Source: a bacterium UBP8_UBA817 (lineage in GTDB: Bacteria > Margulisbacteria > Marinamargulisbacteria > SXXA01 > SICP01). From it: DNA of 64,000 nt. Location of the stretch: the NCBI GenBank assembly GCA_945888435.1, contig CAMCZW010000008.1, forward strand, positions 2,235 to 66,234. The letters run 5' to 3'. The position numbers and the translations under genes were made by a program. This document shows, piece after piece, positions 19,903 to 28,832 of this stretch. How positions within the stretch are numbered: position 1 is the stretch's first letter; each line of letters opens with the position of its first letter. The notes beneath the pieces were generated by a model. That model had not been told where the DNA came from. It did no database searches and saw nothing but the letters and a program-made list of their open reading frames with translations.

Positions 19903-21896
19903 TAGGCATCCCCTAAAATACGAGCCACTGCGGCCTCCACTGTAAACCCATACTCTTCTCGTAATTGATCAGCCGGTGCACTCGCCCCAAAATGATCCAC
20001 AGAAATACAAATTCCATCGCGGCCAACATATCGGTGCCAGCCAAAAGAGGACTGTGCTTCAAGCGATACATATTTCACTTTTTGAGTTTCAAGCAAAACT
20101 TCATCTCGATATTCTTTCGGTTGAGCATCAAAAAGCTCAAATGAGGGAAGCGATACCACTCTCACCGAGTGACCTTTAGACTCTAAATCCTTCGCAACTT
20201 TCAACGCCAAATCCACTTCAGATCCAGTGGCAATTAAACAAAAATCCACACGAGGATTAGCCCCATGATGCACCACATAGCCGCCCCTACCAACATTCGC
20301 ACTTGAAGTTACTGTTAAATCAGGTGCAGTCAATCGCGTTAAAATCAAAGCCACAGGCCCTTCCACCGTCAATGCCGCAGCCCAAGCTCCACGCACCTCA
20401 TGTGCATCCGCCGGACGAATCACCGTCAATCCAGGCATCGCACGAAGGCCAGCAAGATGTTCAACCGGCTGATGCGTCGGCCCATCTTCACCCAAAAACA
20501 CACTGTCATGAGTAAAATGATAAATGACCTTAACTTTCATCAAGGCCGCTAATCGAATCGCGTTTTTCATATAATCTGAAAAAGTTAAAAATGTTCCGCA
20601 AACCGGTATCGTCATCCCTTGCAACGCAAGTCCAGACGAAATCGCAGCCATCGCAAATTCGCGCACGCCATATTTAATATTTCGTCCGGCATATTGAAAC
20701 GGTTTCACAACACCACCAGACTTCAAAAGTGTATTGTCAGAACAAGACAAATCCGCAGATCCAACAACCAGAGAAGGGATCAAGTCTCCCAACGCTTGCT
20801 GAACGGCATTTGACGATTGTCGAGTCGGGAAATTTGGTTTAATTTCAAGGCGATCAAGAATTTCAAGTAAATTTAAAGGCAGTGAAGGAGATGTAGATCC
20901 CACCAAATCCAAAGCAAGCTCAGGATTTTTCTTCGTCCAGGTTCCAAATGCCACTTCCCATTCACGTCTAAGCAATTCCTGGGCATTTTTTTTCTGTGAA
21001 AAATATTCATACGCTGCATCCGACACCCAAAACGGCATATCCGATGGGATATTATGAAATTTCTTAGTACAAGCCGCTTCATCTGATCCTAAACATTTAC
21101 CATGGACATCAGAAGTCCCCTGAACCGTTGGGGCACCCTTACCAATAATCGTTTTCGCAACAATTAATGACGGCCTATCCGATTTTTTTGCATGATCCAA
21201 TGAGTTTTGAATCTCATCAAAAGAATGCCCATCAATCACCTGAACATCAAATCCATACGCTTCGTATCGTTTTTGAACATCTTCGGTAAAACATTCATCA
21301 ATCGGACCATCTAAGCAAATATCATTAGAATCATAAATAATAACCAGGTTATTCAGTGACAAATGCCCAGCGAATGAAGAGGCTTCAGATGAAATTCCTT
21401 CCATCAAATCTCCATCTCCAGCAAGCACATAAACCTTGGCATCCAAAAGATGCTCAGATGCCAAATGATAACGAGACTCGTTCATCTTAAGACCCAACGC
21501 CATTCCAACCGCCATTGCGATTCCCTGACCCAAAGGTCCAGTCGTCGTTTCAACACCGGGGGTCTCCCGATACTCAGGGTGCCCAGGTGTCTTGGAATGC
21601 AATTTTCTAAACGCTTTAATATCATCGAGGCTTACATCAAATCCAGAGAGATGCAGGGCCGAGTAAAGCACCATGCTGCCATGGCCAGCAGAAAGTACAA
21701 ATCGGTCCCGATTTATCCAGTCCGGCGTACTTGGATCCTGACGCAAACCATTGGCATATAAAACCGCCACAATATCCGCGCACCCAAGAGGCAGCCCAGG
21801 ATGGCCACAACCCGCCGTTTCAACCGCATCAATCGACAACGACCGAATGGACTTCGCAATTTCAGACAAAACAAAATGATTAGCAGTAAGGGACAA
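19902..21896 (-). CDS. tkt: Transketolase
   Basis: 664 aa with a ThDP-binding motif (GDGDLMEG) and transketolase N-terminal, central and C-terminal domains. Confidence 0.95.
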   Translation of the reverse strand: MSLTANHFVLSEIAKSIRSLSIDAVETAGCGHPGLPLGCADIVAVLYANGLRQDPSTPDWINRDRFVLSAGHGSMVLYSALHLSGFDVSLDDIKAFRKLHSKTPGHPEYRETPGVETTTGPLGQGIAMAVGMALGLKMNESRYHLASEHLLDAKVYVLAGDGDLMEGISSEASSFAGHLSLNNLVIIYDSNDICLDGPIDECFTEDVQKRYEAYGFDVQVIDGHSFDEIQNSLDHAKKSDRPSLIVAKTIIGKGAPTVQGTSDVHGKCLGSDEAACTKKFHNIPSDMPFWVSDAAYEYFSQKKNAQELLRREWEVAFGTWTKKNPELALDLVGSTSPSLPLNLLEILDRLEIKPNFPTRQSSNAVQQALGDLIPSLVVGSADLSCSDNTLLKSGGVVKPFQYAGRNIKYGVREFAMAAISSGLALQGMTIPVCGTFLTFSDYMKNAIRLAALMKVKVIYHFTHDSVFLGEDGPTHQPVEHLAGLRAMPGLTVIRPADAHEVRGAWAAALTVEGPVALILTRLTAPDLTVTSSANVGRGGYVVHHGANPRVDFCLIATGSEVDLALKVAKDLESKGHSVRVVSLPSFELFDAQPKEYRDEVLLETQKVKYVSLEAQSSFGWHRYVGRDGICISVDHFGASAPADQLREEYGFTVEAAVARILGDA

Positions 21897-22083
21897 AATA
21901 AACCTCGAAAAAGAGATAAACCGAGTGTACTAAAAAGCCATCAAACTTTAAAGCAAAACTAAAAATTATTTTCAAAAATTCAGTTAAAAAAAGCCGCCAA
22001 TCCTCTCTCAAAAGAAATCCCTCTCAACTTCAAACGATAATTCAACAGAATTAAAGCCGTAACTCAAATCGAGAGATAGCATC

Positions 22084-23130
22084 ATGAATAGAAAAATATT
22101 ATCAAGTTCCATCGCGCCATCAAAACCATTACAGTCCATAGAAATACCAATGGAAGCTTCAAAGGCAATAAAAGCCGCCTTTATGACATTATTTCCAGAT
22201 ACCAGCTTACAGGTCTATGGCAAGCACACCACATTTTCAAAACCAGCAGCCGACATACTTAGAGCCTATCTTCCTACTGCCACTTTAAACACCTTAGAAA
22301 AAGTAAAAAAAGGGGAAATCGATATTATCCATCTGCGAAATTTACCGATTGATGATGTCATCCCTGCCGGTAAAGACATCGAAGAGCGTTTAGCTGCAAA
22401 AACTAGAGTCAGCGAATTAGTCATTATCGGACTAACCGAATTAATGGGCTGCATTTTATGGTCAAATCCAGCCGAACATCAAGGACGTCCAATACACCAA
22501 GTTTCACCCGTAGCGGGAAACCGTGGGTTTTCAAGCCTAAGTAAAGACCCTCAATTCTTTCATGTAGAAATTCCCTATGAAGAAGTTCCTCCTAAATTTT
22601 TGGCCTTGTTTTGCCTGGATTCAGACCCCAATACCAGAACCATCTATATACCAGTTGAAACCTTGCTTCATTACATACCCAAAGATCTCATTGAAATAAT
22701 GAAAAAACCAGACTTCGTCATTAAATCAGGGGCAAGCTATACCACCGGAGCCGTCCAGGGAAATTTCTCCCTAATCGAGGATACAGGTGGGACATTTAGA
22801 TTAAGACTCATGCAAAAATTTGATCGATTTGAAGGCACTACTCCAGAGACAAAACGATGCCTTTATGACCTCTATGTCATTTTAAACAGTCCTGAAGTAG
22901 TAAAGGAAATTAAAGGCGTCGCGCTAAAAGAAGGTGAACTACTTTTATTTAACAATGGAAAAAATACAGATGGAAATACCCCTTGCGGAGTCGTCCATGG
23001 AAGAGATGTTGTTGGAAAAGACGGAAAATCAGATCTAAGCGGAACTCTTAAAGAAGACCGGTGGTTACAAAGAGGTTATCTAATGGCCATAGATAATCTA
23101 ATCCCAACCAGAAATATAGCCGCCAAATAA
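22084..23130 (+). CDS. TauD/TfdA-like Fe(II)/2-oxoglutarate oxygenase (AsnO/VioC-like amino-acid beta-hydroxylase family)
   Basis: 348 aa with a candidate HxE...H facial triad (FHVEIPYEE ... GVVHGRD). This is a motif-level call only. Confidence 0.45.
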   Translation: MNRKILSSSIAPSKPLQSIEIPMEASKAIKAAFMTLFPDTSLQVYGKHTTFSKPAADILRAYLPTATLNTLEKVKKGEIDIIHLRNLPIDDVIPAGKDIEERLAAKTRVSELVIIGLTELMGCILWSNPAEHQGRPIHQVSPVAGNRGFSSLSKDPQFFHVEIPYEEVPPKFLALFCLDSDPNTRTIYIPVETLLHYIPKDLIEIMKKPDFVIKSGASYTTGAVQGNFSLIEDTGGTFRLRLMQKFDRFEGTTPETKRCLYDLYVILNSPEVVKEIKGVALKEGELLLFNNGKNTDGNTPCGVVHGRDVVGKDGKSDLSGTLKEDRWLQRGYLMAIDNLIPTRNIAAK

Positions 23131-23172
23131 GAGAAATATAGACATTCTTAAAATTGACTATAAACTAAGGTC

Positions 23173-24147
23173 ATGAGCAATCATAATCATATTCAAAAAG
23201 CCTATTCGCGCATCGCACCTTATATTCATCAAACACCGATTTTAACGTCATCCATCCTTAATCAAAAAATAGGGCACAAAATCTCCTTTAAGTGGGAAGG
23301 TCATCAAAAAACTGGCTCATTTAAAGTAAGAGGCGCTCTAAACACTTTATTATCGTTAAAAGAAGCAGGCCAACTCCCTCAGGAAGTCATTGCGTTCAGC
23401 TCCGGAAACCACTCTCAAGCCGTCGCTTACGGATCAGCCTTATTAGGGATTAAGTCCACAATATTTATACCCACCAATGTTTCCCCCATCAAAATCCAGG
23501 CTACAAAAGGATATGGCGCCACAGTCGTCCTGACACAAACCCGCCAAGAATCCGAAGACCTCTGCTACCAAAAACAACAACAAGGCGCCTACATGATCCC
23601 ACCATTTGATCATGATAATGTCATCCAAGGCCAAGGCACCGCATGCTACGAAGCCATCGCCATCCAAAAATTGTCTCCAACAGCCATCTTCGCACCCTGC
23701 GGCGGTGGAGGCCTTCTGTCCGGCACCTTTCTAGCTGCAAAAGAAACCCTACCCTCCGCCAAAATCATCGGAGTTGAACCCCTCAACGGAAACGACGCCG
23801 CAACCTCACTCAAAACCGGCGAAATCTTTAGGCTCGCGCACTCTCCCGACACCCTCGCAGACGGCGTAAGAACCCTTGGCATCTCCCCAAGAACTTTCCA
23901 TTACCTCAAACAACTCGACGGCTTCATCGAAGTCGCAGAACAAGACATCATCTACTGGACCCAATGGCTCACTCACCTACTTAAAGTCACAGTAGAGCCC
24001 ACATCCGCCATGAGCATGGCCGCCGTCGTGCAATGGCTCAAATCAGCCACTACACCTCAACACATCCTCGTCATCCTCTCAGGAGGCAACCTAGATCCCT
24101 CCACAGTCACCAAAATCTGGTCCGAGAACCACTTAACTACTACTTAA
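23173..24147 (+). CDS. PLP-dependent fold-type II enzyme (threonine/serine dehydratase - serine racemase - 3-hydroxyaspartate ammonia-lyase family)
   Basis: 324 aa. It has the PLP-lysine motif SFKVRGALN, the SSGNHSQAVA motif and a GGGGL glycine loop. Confidence 0.75.
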   Translation: MSNHNHIQKAYSRIAPYIHQTPILTSSILNQKIGHKISFKWEGHQKTGSFKVRGALNTLLSLKEAGQLPQEVIAFSSGNHSQAVAYGSALLGIKSTIFIPTNVSPIKIQATKGYGATVVLTQTRQESEDLCYQKQQQGAYMIPPFDHDNVIQGQGTACYEAIAIQKLSPTAIFAPCGGGGLLSGTFLAAKETLPSAKIIGVEPLNGNDAATSLKTGEIFRLAHSPDTLADGVRTLGISPRTFHYLKQLDGFIEVAEQDIIYWTQWLTHLLKVTVEPTSAMSMAAVVQWLKSATTPQHILVILSGGNLDPSTVTKIWSENHLTTT

Positions 24148-25198
24148 AGAAAGTATTAAAAAGCGACGACCTCGTCTTCCAAGAAATCGTGTCGTTCCAC
24201 AACGCAAACACCATCATAAAAATTAAAAAGAAAATCCCAACTCGCTGAATCCACATTTGAGTTGCATCTGAAAATGGTTTTCCACGTAAAGTTTCAATCA
24301 CTAAAAGCACTAAGTGCCCACCATCCAATACTGGAAACGGAAGCAAATTAAATACACCCAAACTAATACTAATCAAGGCCACTACACCCATAAAATCCGG
24401 GGTACTTCGATCAAGCCCATGGGACGCAAATTGAACAATCCCAACCGGACCAGACATTTCTTTAAGCGAAACCCTCCCCGTCATTAATAATTGCAAACTC
24501 TTAAAAACACCTTTAGTCACAGACCAGGTTGATTCCGCCCCAAATTTTGCAGACTCTAAAAATTCATACTTTTTAACTGTCCAATCAAACATAACCCCGA
24601 TTTGATACACGCCAGACTTAGAAAGTGCAGGCACAACCGACACATCAATCAGCTCTTCCCCACGACGCACCTGTAGAATCATCGGATTCCCATTTGATGC
24701 TTTAATCGCGCCAATCACATCCGCATGAACTCCCTTAACAGGCTGTCCATTAACCAAAACAACTTCATCTTGAGCTAAAAGACCAGCTTGGGCAGCGACA
24801 CTTGATTCCACAACCGATTTCAGTTTGGAGTTGGCCTCTGGAATACCCGACACCCAAAACACAATCGTAAAAATTAAAAACCCTAAAATAAGATTAAAAA
24901 AAGATCCCGCAACAATAATCGATGCACGGTCATACCAAGGTTTAAGCTGATAATTAAGCTCATCCTTCACAGGCTCTTCAACATCATCCATCCCTGCCAA
25001 CTTTACAAAGCCCCCAAAAGGGAATGCGCGCAAACTATATAAAGTTTCACGTACCTGCTTAGACATTATAATGGGGCCCATTCCAATACTAAATTCCAAA
25101 ACGCCCACACCCGCACGTCGGGCCGCCAACATATGTCCAAGTTCATGGATAACCACAATAATTCCCAATGCAATAATCGTTACTACTACTGAAATCAC
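24140..25198 (-). CDS. rseP: RseP-type site-2 protease (M50 zinc metalloprotease with PDZ domain)
   Basis: HELGHMLAAR zinc motif near the N-terminus, multiple TM segments and a central PDZ-like region. 352 aa. Confidence 0.85.
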   Translation of the reverse strand: MISVVVTIIALGIIVVIHELGHMLAARRAGVGVLEFSIGMGPIIMSKQVRETLYSLRAFPFGGFVKLAGMDDVEEPVKDELNYQLKPWYDRASIIVAGSFFNLILGFLIFTIVFWVSGIPEANSKLKSVVESSVAAQAGLLAQDEVVLVNGQPVKGVHADVIGAIKASNGNPMILQVRRGEELIDVSVVPALSKSGVYQIGVMFDWTVKKYEFLESAKFGAESTWSVTKGVFKSLQLLMTGRVSLKEMSGPVGIVQFASHGLDRSTPDFMGVVALISISLGVFNLLPFPVLDGGHLVLLVIETLRGKPFSDATQMWIQRVGIFFLIFMMVFALWNDTISWKTRSSLFNTFFK

Positions 25199-25977
25199 TC
25201 AAGAGCCTCCTTGGCCAATATCTGCTTTGCTACATTCCAATAGGTTTCTTTCTCTTCTAAAGAAAGTTTACCTATGGCATGTCCATCTTGTTGAATCAAT
25301 TGCCCCATCAGGGCATATCGTTTCATAAATTTTTCATTTGCTTTTTGAAGCGCTTCTTCCGGCAAAACCGATAAATGCCGCGCCACATTTACCATAGAGA
25401 ATAAAACATCGCCCAATTCTTCTTCAATCGTATCAGGATTCTCTAATACCGAACCTTCTAACTCTAAAACTTCTTCTTTTAATTTATCTAACGGACCTTC
25501 AATCGAGTCCCAGTCAAAGCCTTCTCGTGACGCTCGCTTCTGGATTTTCGAAGCCCTCATCAAAGAAGGTAATGCCACAGGGATCGACTCAAAAATAGAA
25601 GTCTGATCGGCCTTTTCCAGGATCTTAATCTGATCCCAATTAGAAATCACATCGTCCGAAGACTTGGCCAAAACATCGCCAAATACATGGGGATGCCTTC
25701 GAATCATCTTTTCAGTCACATCTTCAATAACATCAGAAACCGTAAACCAGCCTTTTTCAGCCGCCATACCTGATAACATGATGACATGGAGCAAGACATC
25801 TCCTAACTCCTCTTGCAATCCAACAGCATCCTCGCGACGCATCACATCTGCAAGCTCATAAGCTTCCTCAATAATATGAGGGGTCAAAGATTCAAAAGTC
25901 TGCTCAATATCCCAAGGACACCCACCGGGCGCCCTAAGCTTGGCAATAATCGCTACAAAGCGATCAAAACACTCCAT
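25195..25977 (-). CDS. mazG: Nucleoside triphosphate pyrophosphohydrolase MazG
   Basis: 260 aa with tandem MazG EExxE-type motifs (..EEAYEL.., ..EELGDVLF..). Confidence 0.85.
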   Translation of the reverse strand: MECFDRFVAIIAKLRAPGGCPWDIEQTFESLTPHIIEEAYELADVMRREDAVGLQEELGDVLLHVIMLSGMAAEKGWFTVSDVIEDVTEKMIRRHPHVFGDVLAKSSDDVISNWDQIKILEKADQTSIFESIPVALPSLMRASKIQKRASREGFDWDSIEGPLDKLKEEVLELEGSVLENPDTIEEELGDVLFSMVNVARHLSVLPEEALQKANEKFMKRYALMGQLIQQDGHAIGKLSLEEKETYWNVAKQILAKEALE

Positions 25978-25980
25978 ACT

Positions 25981-26445
25981 CTAGAAGCTAGCAGTACGGA
26001 AAGAAGAGGTATATCCCCGATCATTAGAATCAGGAATAACCGTATTTTTATCTGATGATTCTGCAATTTGAATGGTAGCTGGAGTAAACAAAAAAATCGT
26101 TTCTCCGATTTTAAGCATATGGCCACTTAACGCATACGCAGTTCCGCATACAAAGTCCACTAAACGCTTTCCAGATTCCGAGTCTAAATATTTCAAGTTT
26201 ACAATCACAGGCTTACCCTCTCTAAGGTTAGTCGCAATATTTAACGAATCTTCGTAAATACGAGGCTCTTCAACCATAATCTCAGCAAATGAAGAACTGT
26301 GATGACGTTGGACAGAAGGCACAGAAACAGAAGCACCTTTAAAGGGTTTAATTGTCGGAGTTTGAAAATCATCCCGTCTCGGACCATGTTCCAACTCATC
26401 TTCCTCCAGCCCAAAAAATACCTTTAATTTTTCTAAAGTACTCAT
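25981..26445 (-). CDS. sepF: Cell-division protein SepF
   Basis: Strong similarity to B. subtilis SepF: MSTLEKLKVFFGLEEDE.. and ..PVIVNLKYLDSESGKRLVDFVCGTAYALSGHMLKIGETIFLFTP. The start is set at 26445 (GGAGG 5 nt upstream); the ORF extends to 26511. Confidence 0.85.
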   Translation of the reverse strand: MSTLEKLKVFFGLEEDELEHGPRRDDFQTPTIKPFKGASVSVPSVQRHHSSSFAEIMVEEPRIYEDSLNIATNLREGKPVIVNLKYLDSESGKRLVDFVCGTAYALSGHMLKIGETIFLFTPATIQIAESSDKNTVIPDSNDRGYTSSFRTASF

Positions 26446-26455
26446 AATGCCTCCA

Positions 26456-27103
26456 TTATTTAAAAATTTTACTTCCAATACGAACCATTGTTGCGCCTTC
26501 TTCAATTGCAATCTGATAGTCTTGGCTCATTCCCATACTCAGAGTATCCATGTGTGGGAAATATCGACAAAGCCACTCAAATTGCTCACGGGATTTCTTA
26601 AAAAAATTCCGTAATTCAGAGTCATTCAAATCAAGGGGCGCAATCACCATTATACCTCTAACCGAAACCCATGAACACTGATTTAATCTCCCAGTTTCCA
26701 CTATGCGTCGAAACTCAGTAACCGACATTCCAAATTTATCAGAATCATCCGCAACATTCACTTGAAGTAACCCAAAAATACGCTTAGAAAGCCGACCTGC
26801 TGCCCCATCAATTTTGATTAAAAGCGATTCAGAGTCAATCGACTGTATCCAATCAAACAAGGCAACGGCAACAGTCACTTTATTTGACTGCAAATGCCCA
26901 ATCAAATGACGAGACACAGATCCAAACCTAATTTGTGGAAATTTCTCTTTCGCCTCCTGCACACGATTTTCGCCAATCGAAATAGCGCCAGCATCCAAAA
27001 TCGACTGAATAAGTGCAGAGGTAACCGTCTTAGTCACCACCACAATTTCTACACGAGAATCAACCTCATGTCTTACTTTTAAAAATTCATCTGAACAATT
27101 CAT
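26456..27103 (-). CDS. yggS: YggS/PLPBP family pyridoxal-phosphate homeostasis protein
   Basis: 215 aa with an alanine-racemase N-terminal-like TIM barrel. It is in the conserved yggS(ylmE)-sepF(ylmF) arrangement. Confidence 0.85.
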   Translation of the reverse strand: MNCSDEFLKVRHEVDSRVEIVVVTKTVTSALIQSILDAGAISIGENRVQEAKEKFPQIRFGSVSRHLIGHLQSNKVTVAVALFDWIQSIDSESLLIKIDGAAGRLSKRIFGLLQVNVADDSDKFGMSVTEFRRIVETGRLNQCSWVSVRGIMVIAPLDLNDSELRNFFKKSREQFEWLCRYFPHMDTLSMGMSQDYQIAIEEGATMVRIGSKIFK

Positions 27104-27268
27104 ATAAAAGGCAGTATATCAACATAGCCGCCTCTGTTAAAATAACAAAATCAATTCAAAATCAGCCTTAAATGCCCCCCAAAAAGAGGTCTATGCAAGA
27201 CATCATGCAAGTTTAAGCCCAATAAGGGACGATATTAGCTTATAACAACAACAAAAGATTGAAAGAAA

Positions 27269-27868
27269 ATGAAAAAAAACAAAACACTCATCACTATCAT
27301 CACAGCACTGGCCCTAATCGGGCACACCCACTTGGTCTCAGCAATCCAAATCGACGAATCAAGCTCTGAAATTACAATGAACCAAATTCTTCACTTCGGG
27401 TCATTCCCAGACGAAGCAATGAGAGATGCCCTCGGAAAAAACAGCTCTACGCTTAGAGGAACAGGTAATGGGCTAACAATCTTAGGTGGGGGATTCCAAG
27501 GGCTTCAACAAGAAATCGGTGACTTCGCAGACGAAGCACTCAACCCTGATGAAGATGTCTCCGCCGCAGCCACTACCCAAGCACTGGTTTACCCAAATCC
27601 ATTTAGACAAGAAACTGGGGCAAAATTAGGCTATGGATTATCCAAAGACTTAGAAATCGAAATCCAATTTTACGACATGCTCGCTCATCGAATTTTAGAA
27701 AAATCGTTTGAAAGAGGGGCTGTCGGTGGAAAAAAGGGATACAACCTGATCAGCATCGACAAAAACGACTTTGGAACCAATATCGATTTATCAGCCGGAG
27801 TTTATTTCTACTTGATCATCAATGAAGGAAAAGTATTGGCGAAAGGTAAAGCGGCAATCATCCCATGA
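27269..27868 (+). CDS. Small secreted protein with type IX secretion system C-terminal sorting domain (Por_Secre_tail-like)
   Basis: It has an N-terminal signal peptide. The C-terminal ~85 aa carry VYPNPF, ..IQFYDMLAHRI.. and ..AGVYFYLII..KVLAKGK.., which are characteristic T9SS type-A CTD motifs. Confidence 0.6.
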   Translation: MKKNKTLITIITALALIGHTHLVSAIQIDESSSEITMNQILHFGSFPDEAMRDALGKNSSTLRGTGNGLTILGGGFQGLQQEIGDFADEALNPDEDVSAAATTQALVYPNPFRQETGAKLGYGLSKDLEIEIQFYDMLAHRILEKSFERGAVGGKKGYNLISIDKNDFGTNIDLSAGVYFYLIINEGKVLAKGKAAIIP

Positions 27869-28818
27869 AAAAACACATTATTCTGTTAATTTTAATACTC
27901 GGACTAATCACACTATTCGCCAAGAATAGCGATGCTCAAGCCCGATTTTTTATGCCCACAGAAGTAGGTAGTTCGGCTGAAATGATCGCACGGGGAAATA
28001 TCGAAGGCTTCAGCAATACAGCCGAAGTCCTTTTAGAAAACCCAGCATCACTTCACACGATCAAACATTTTTCAGTATCCGCATTCACCACAACATTTAT
28101 GGATGAAGTAACTTACCAAGCCGTATCCATCGCCCTCAAAACAAAAAAAGGAGTCATCGGAGCGGCCTATATGTCTGCAGGTGTCGATGACATCACCAAA
28201 ACGTATCAAGATCAAGATGAAATCACAAATCCGCTAGGAATCATTATTCCAGTTGGAACATTTAAATACAGTACCGAAGTCGCTAAATTAAGCTACCAAT
28301 TTTCTCAAACAAAACGTCTTCACTGGGGAATATCTGGTGACTACTACGTCACTACAATCGACACAGTTAGAGGGACGGGATACAACATGGATGCCGGAGT
28401 CAAATATGACGGAAAAAAACTAGACATGGCACTAGCGATTAAAAACTTTTTACCTGGATATGATGTATCATATACGGGTGGCGAGTCAGATGGAAAAGAA
28501 GAAGTCCTACCAGCTGAGATTGTCTTTGTATCAAGATACACACTAGGCCCGATCAATTTATTTGGTCAAATTAAGTCAGGTGGCCGTTACGATCTAGTCA
28601 CGAAATCAGGTGCAATCAGCTATAAACCAGGATTTTTTCCATGGATAGAATTCACCGCTGGTTATAAAGAATTCGGAGTTCTTGATACAATTGAAACGAA
28701 CACGACCTTAGGAGTTGGGTTAACACTAGAAAACGTTAAATTTAATTACGCACTTGAATCAAGCGAGCATATCGAATTTGATAAAAAACATTATTTTTCT
28801 GTGGGGATAAAATTCTAA
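27865..28818 (+). CDS. Outer-membrane beta-barrel protein (possibly T9SS PorP/SprF- or PorQ-like)
   Basis: It has a signal peptide, alternating amphipathic strands and a C-terminal ...GIKF ending in Phe. It overlaps the upstream gene by 4 nt and sits 14 nt upstream of the giant gene. Confidence 0.4.
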   Translation: MKKHIILLILILGLITLFAKNSDAQARFFMPTEVGSSAEMIARGNIEGFSNTAEVLLENPASLHTIKHFSVSAFTTTFMDEVTYQAVSIALKTKKGVIGAAYMSAGVDDITKTYQDQDEITNPLGIIIPVGTFKYSTEVAKLSYQFSQTKRLHWGISGDYYVTTIDTVRGTGYNMDAGVKYDGKKLDMALAIKNFLPGYDVSYTGGESDGKEEVLPAEIVFVSRYTLGPINLFGQIKSGGRYDLVTKSGAISYKPGFFPWIEFTAGYKEFGVLDTIETNTTLGVGLTLENVKFNYALESSEHIEFDKKHYFSVGIKF

Positions 28819-28832
28819 GATATGACAAAAAT

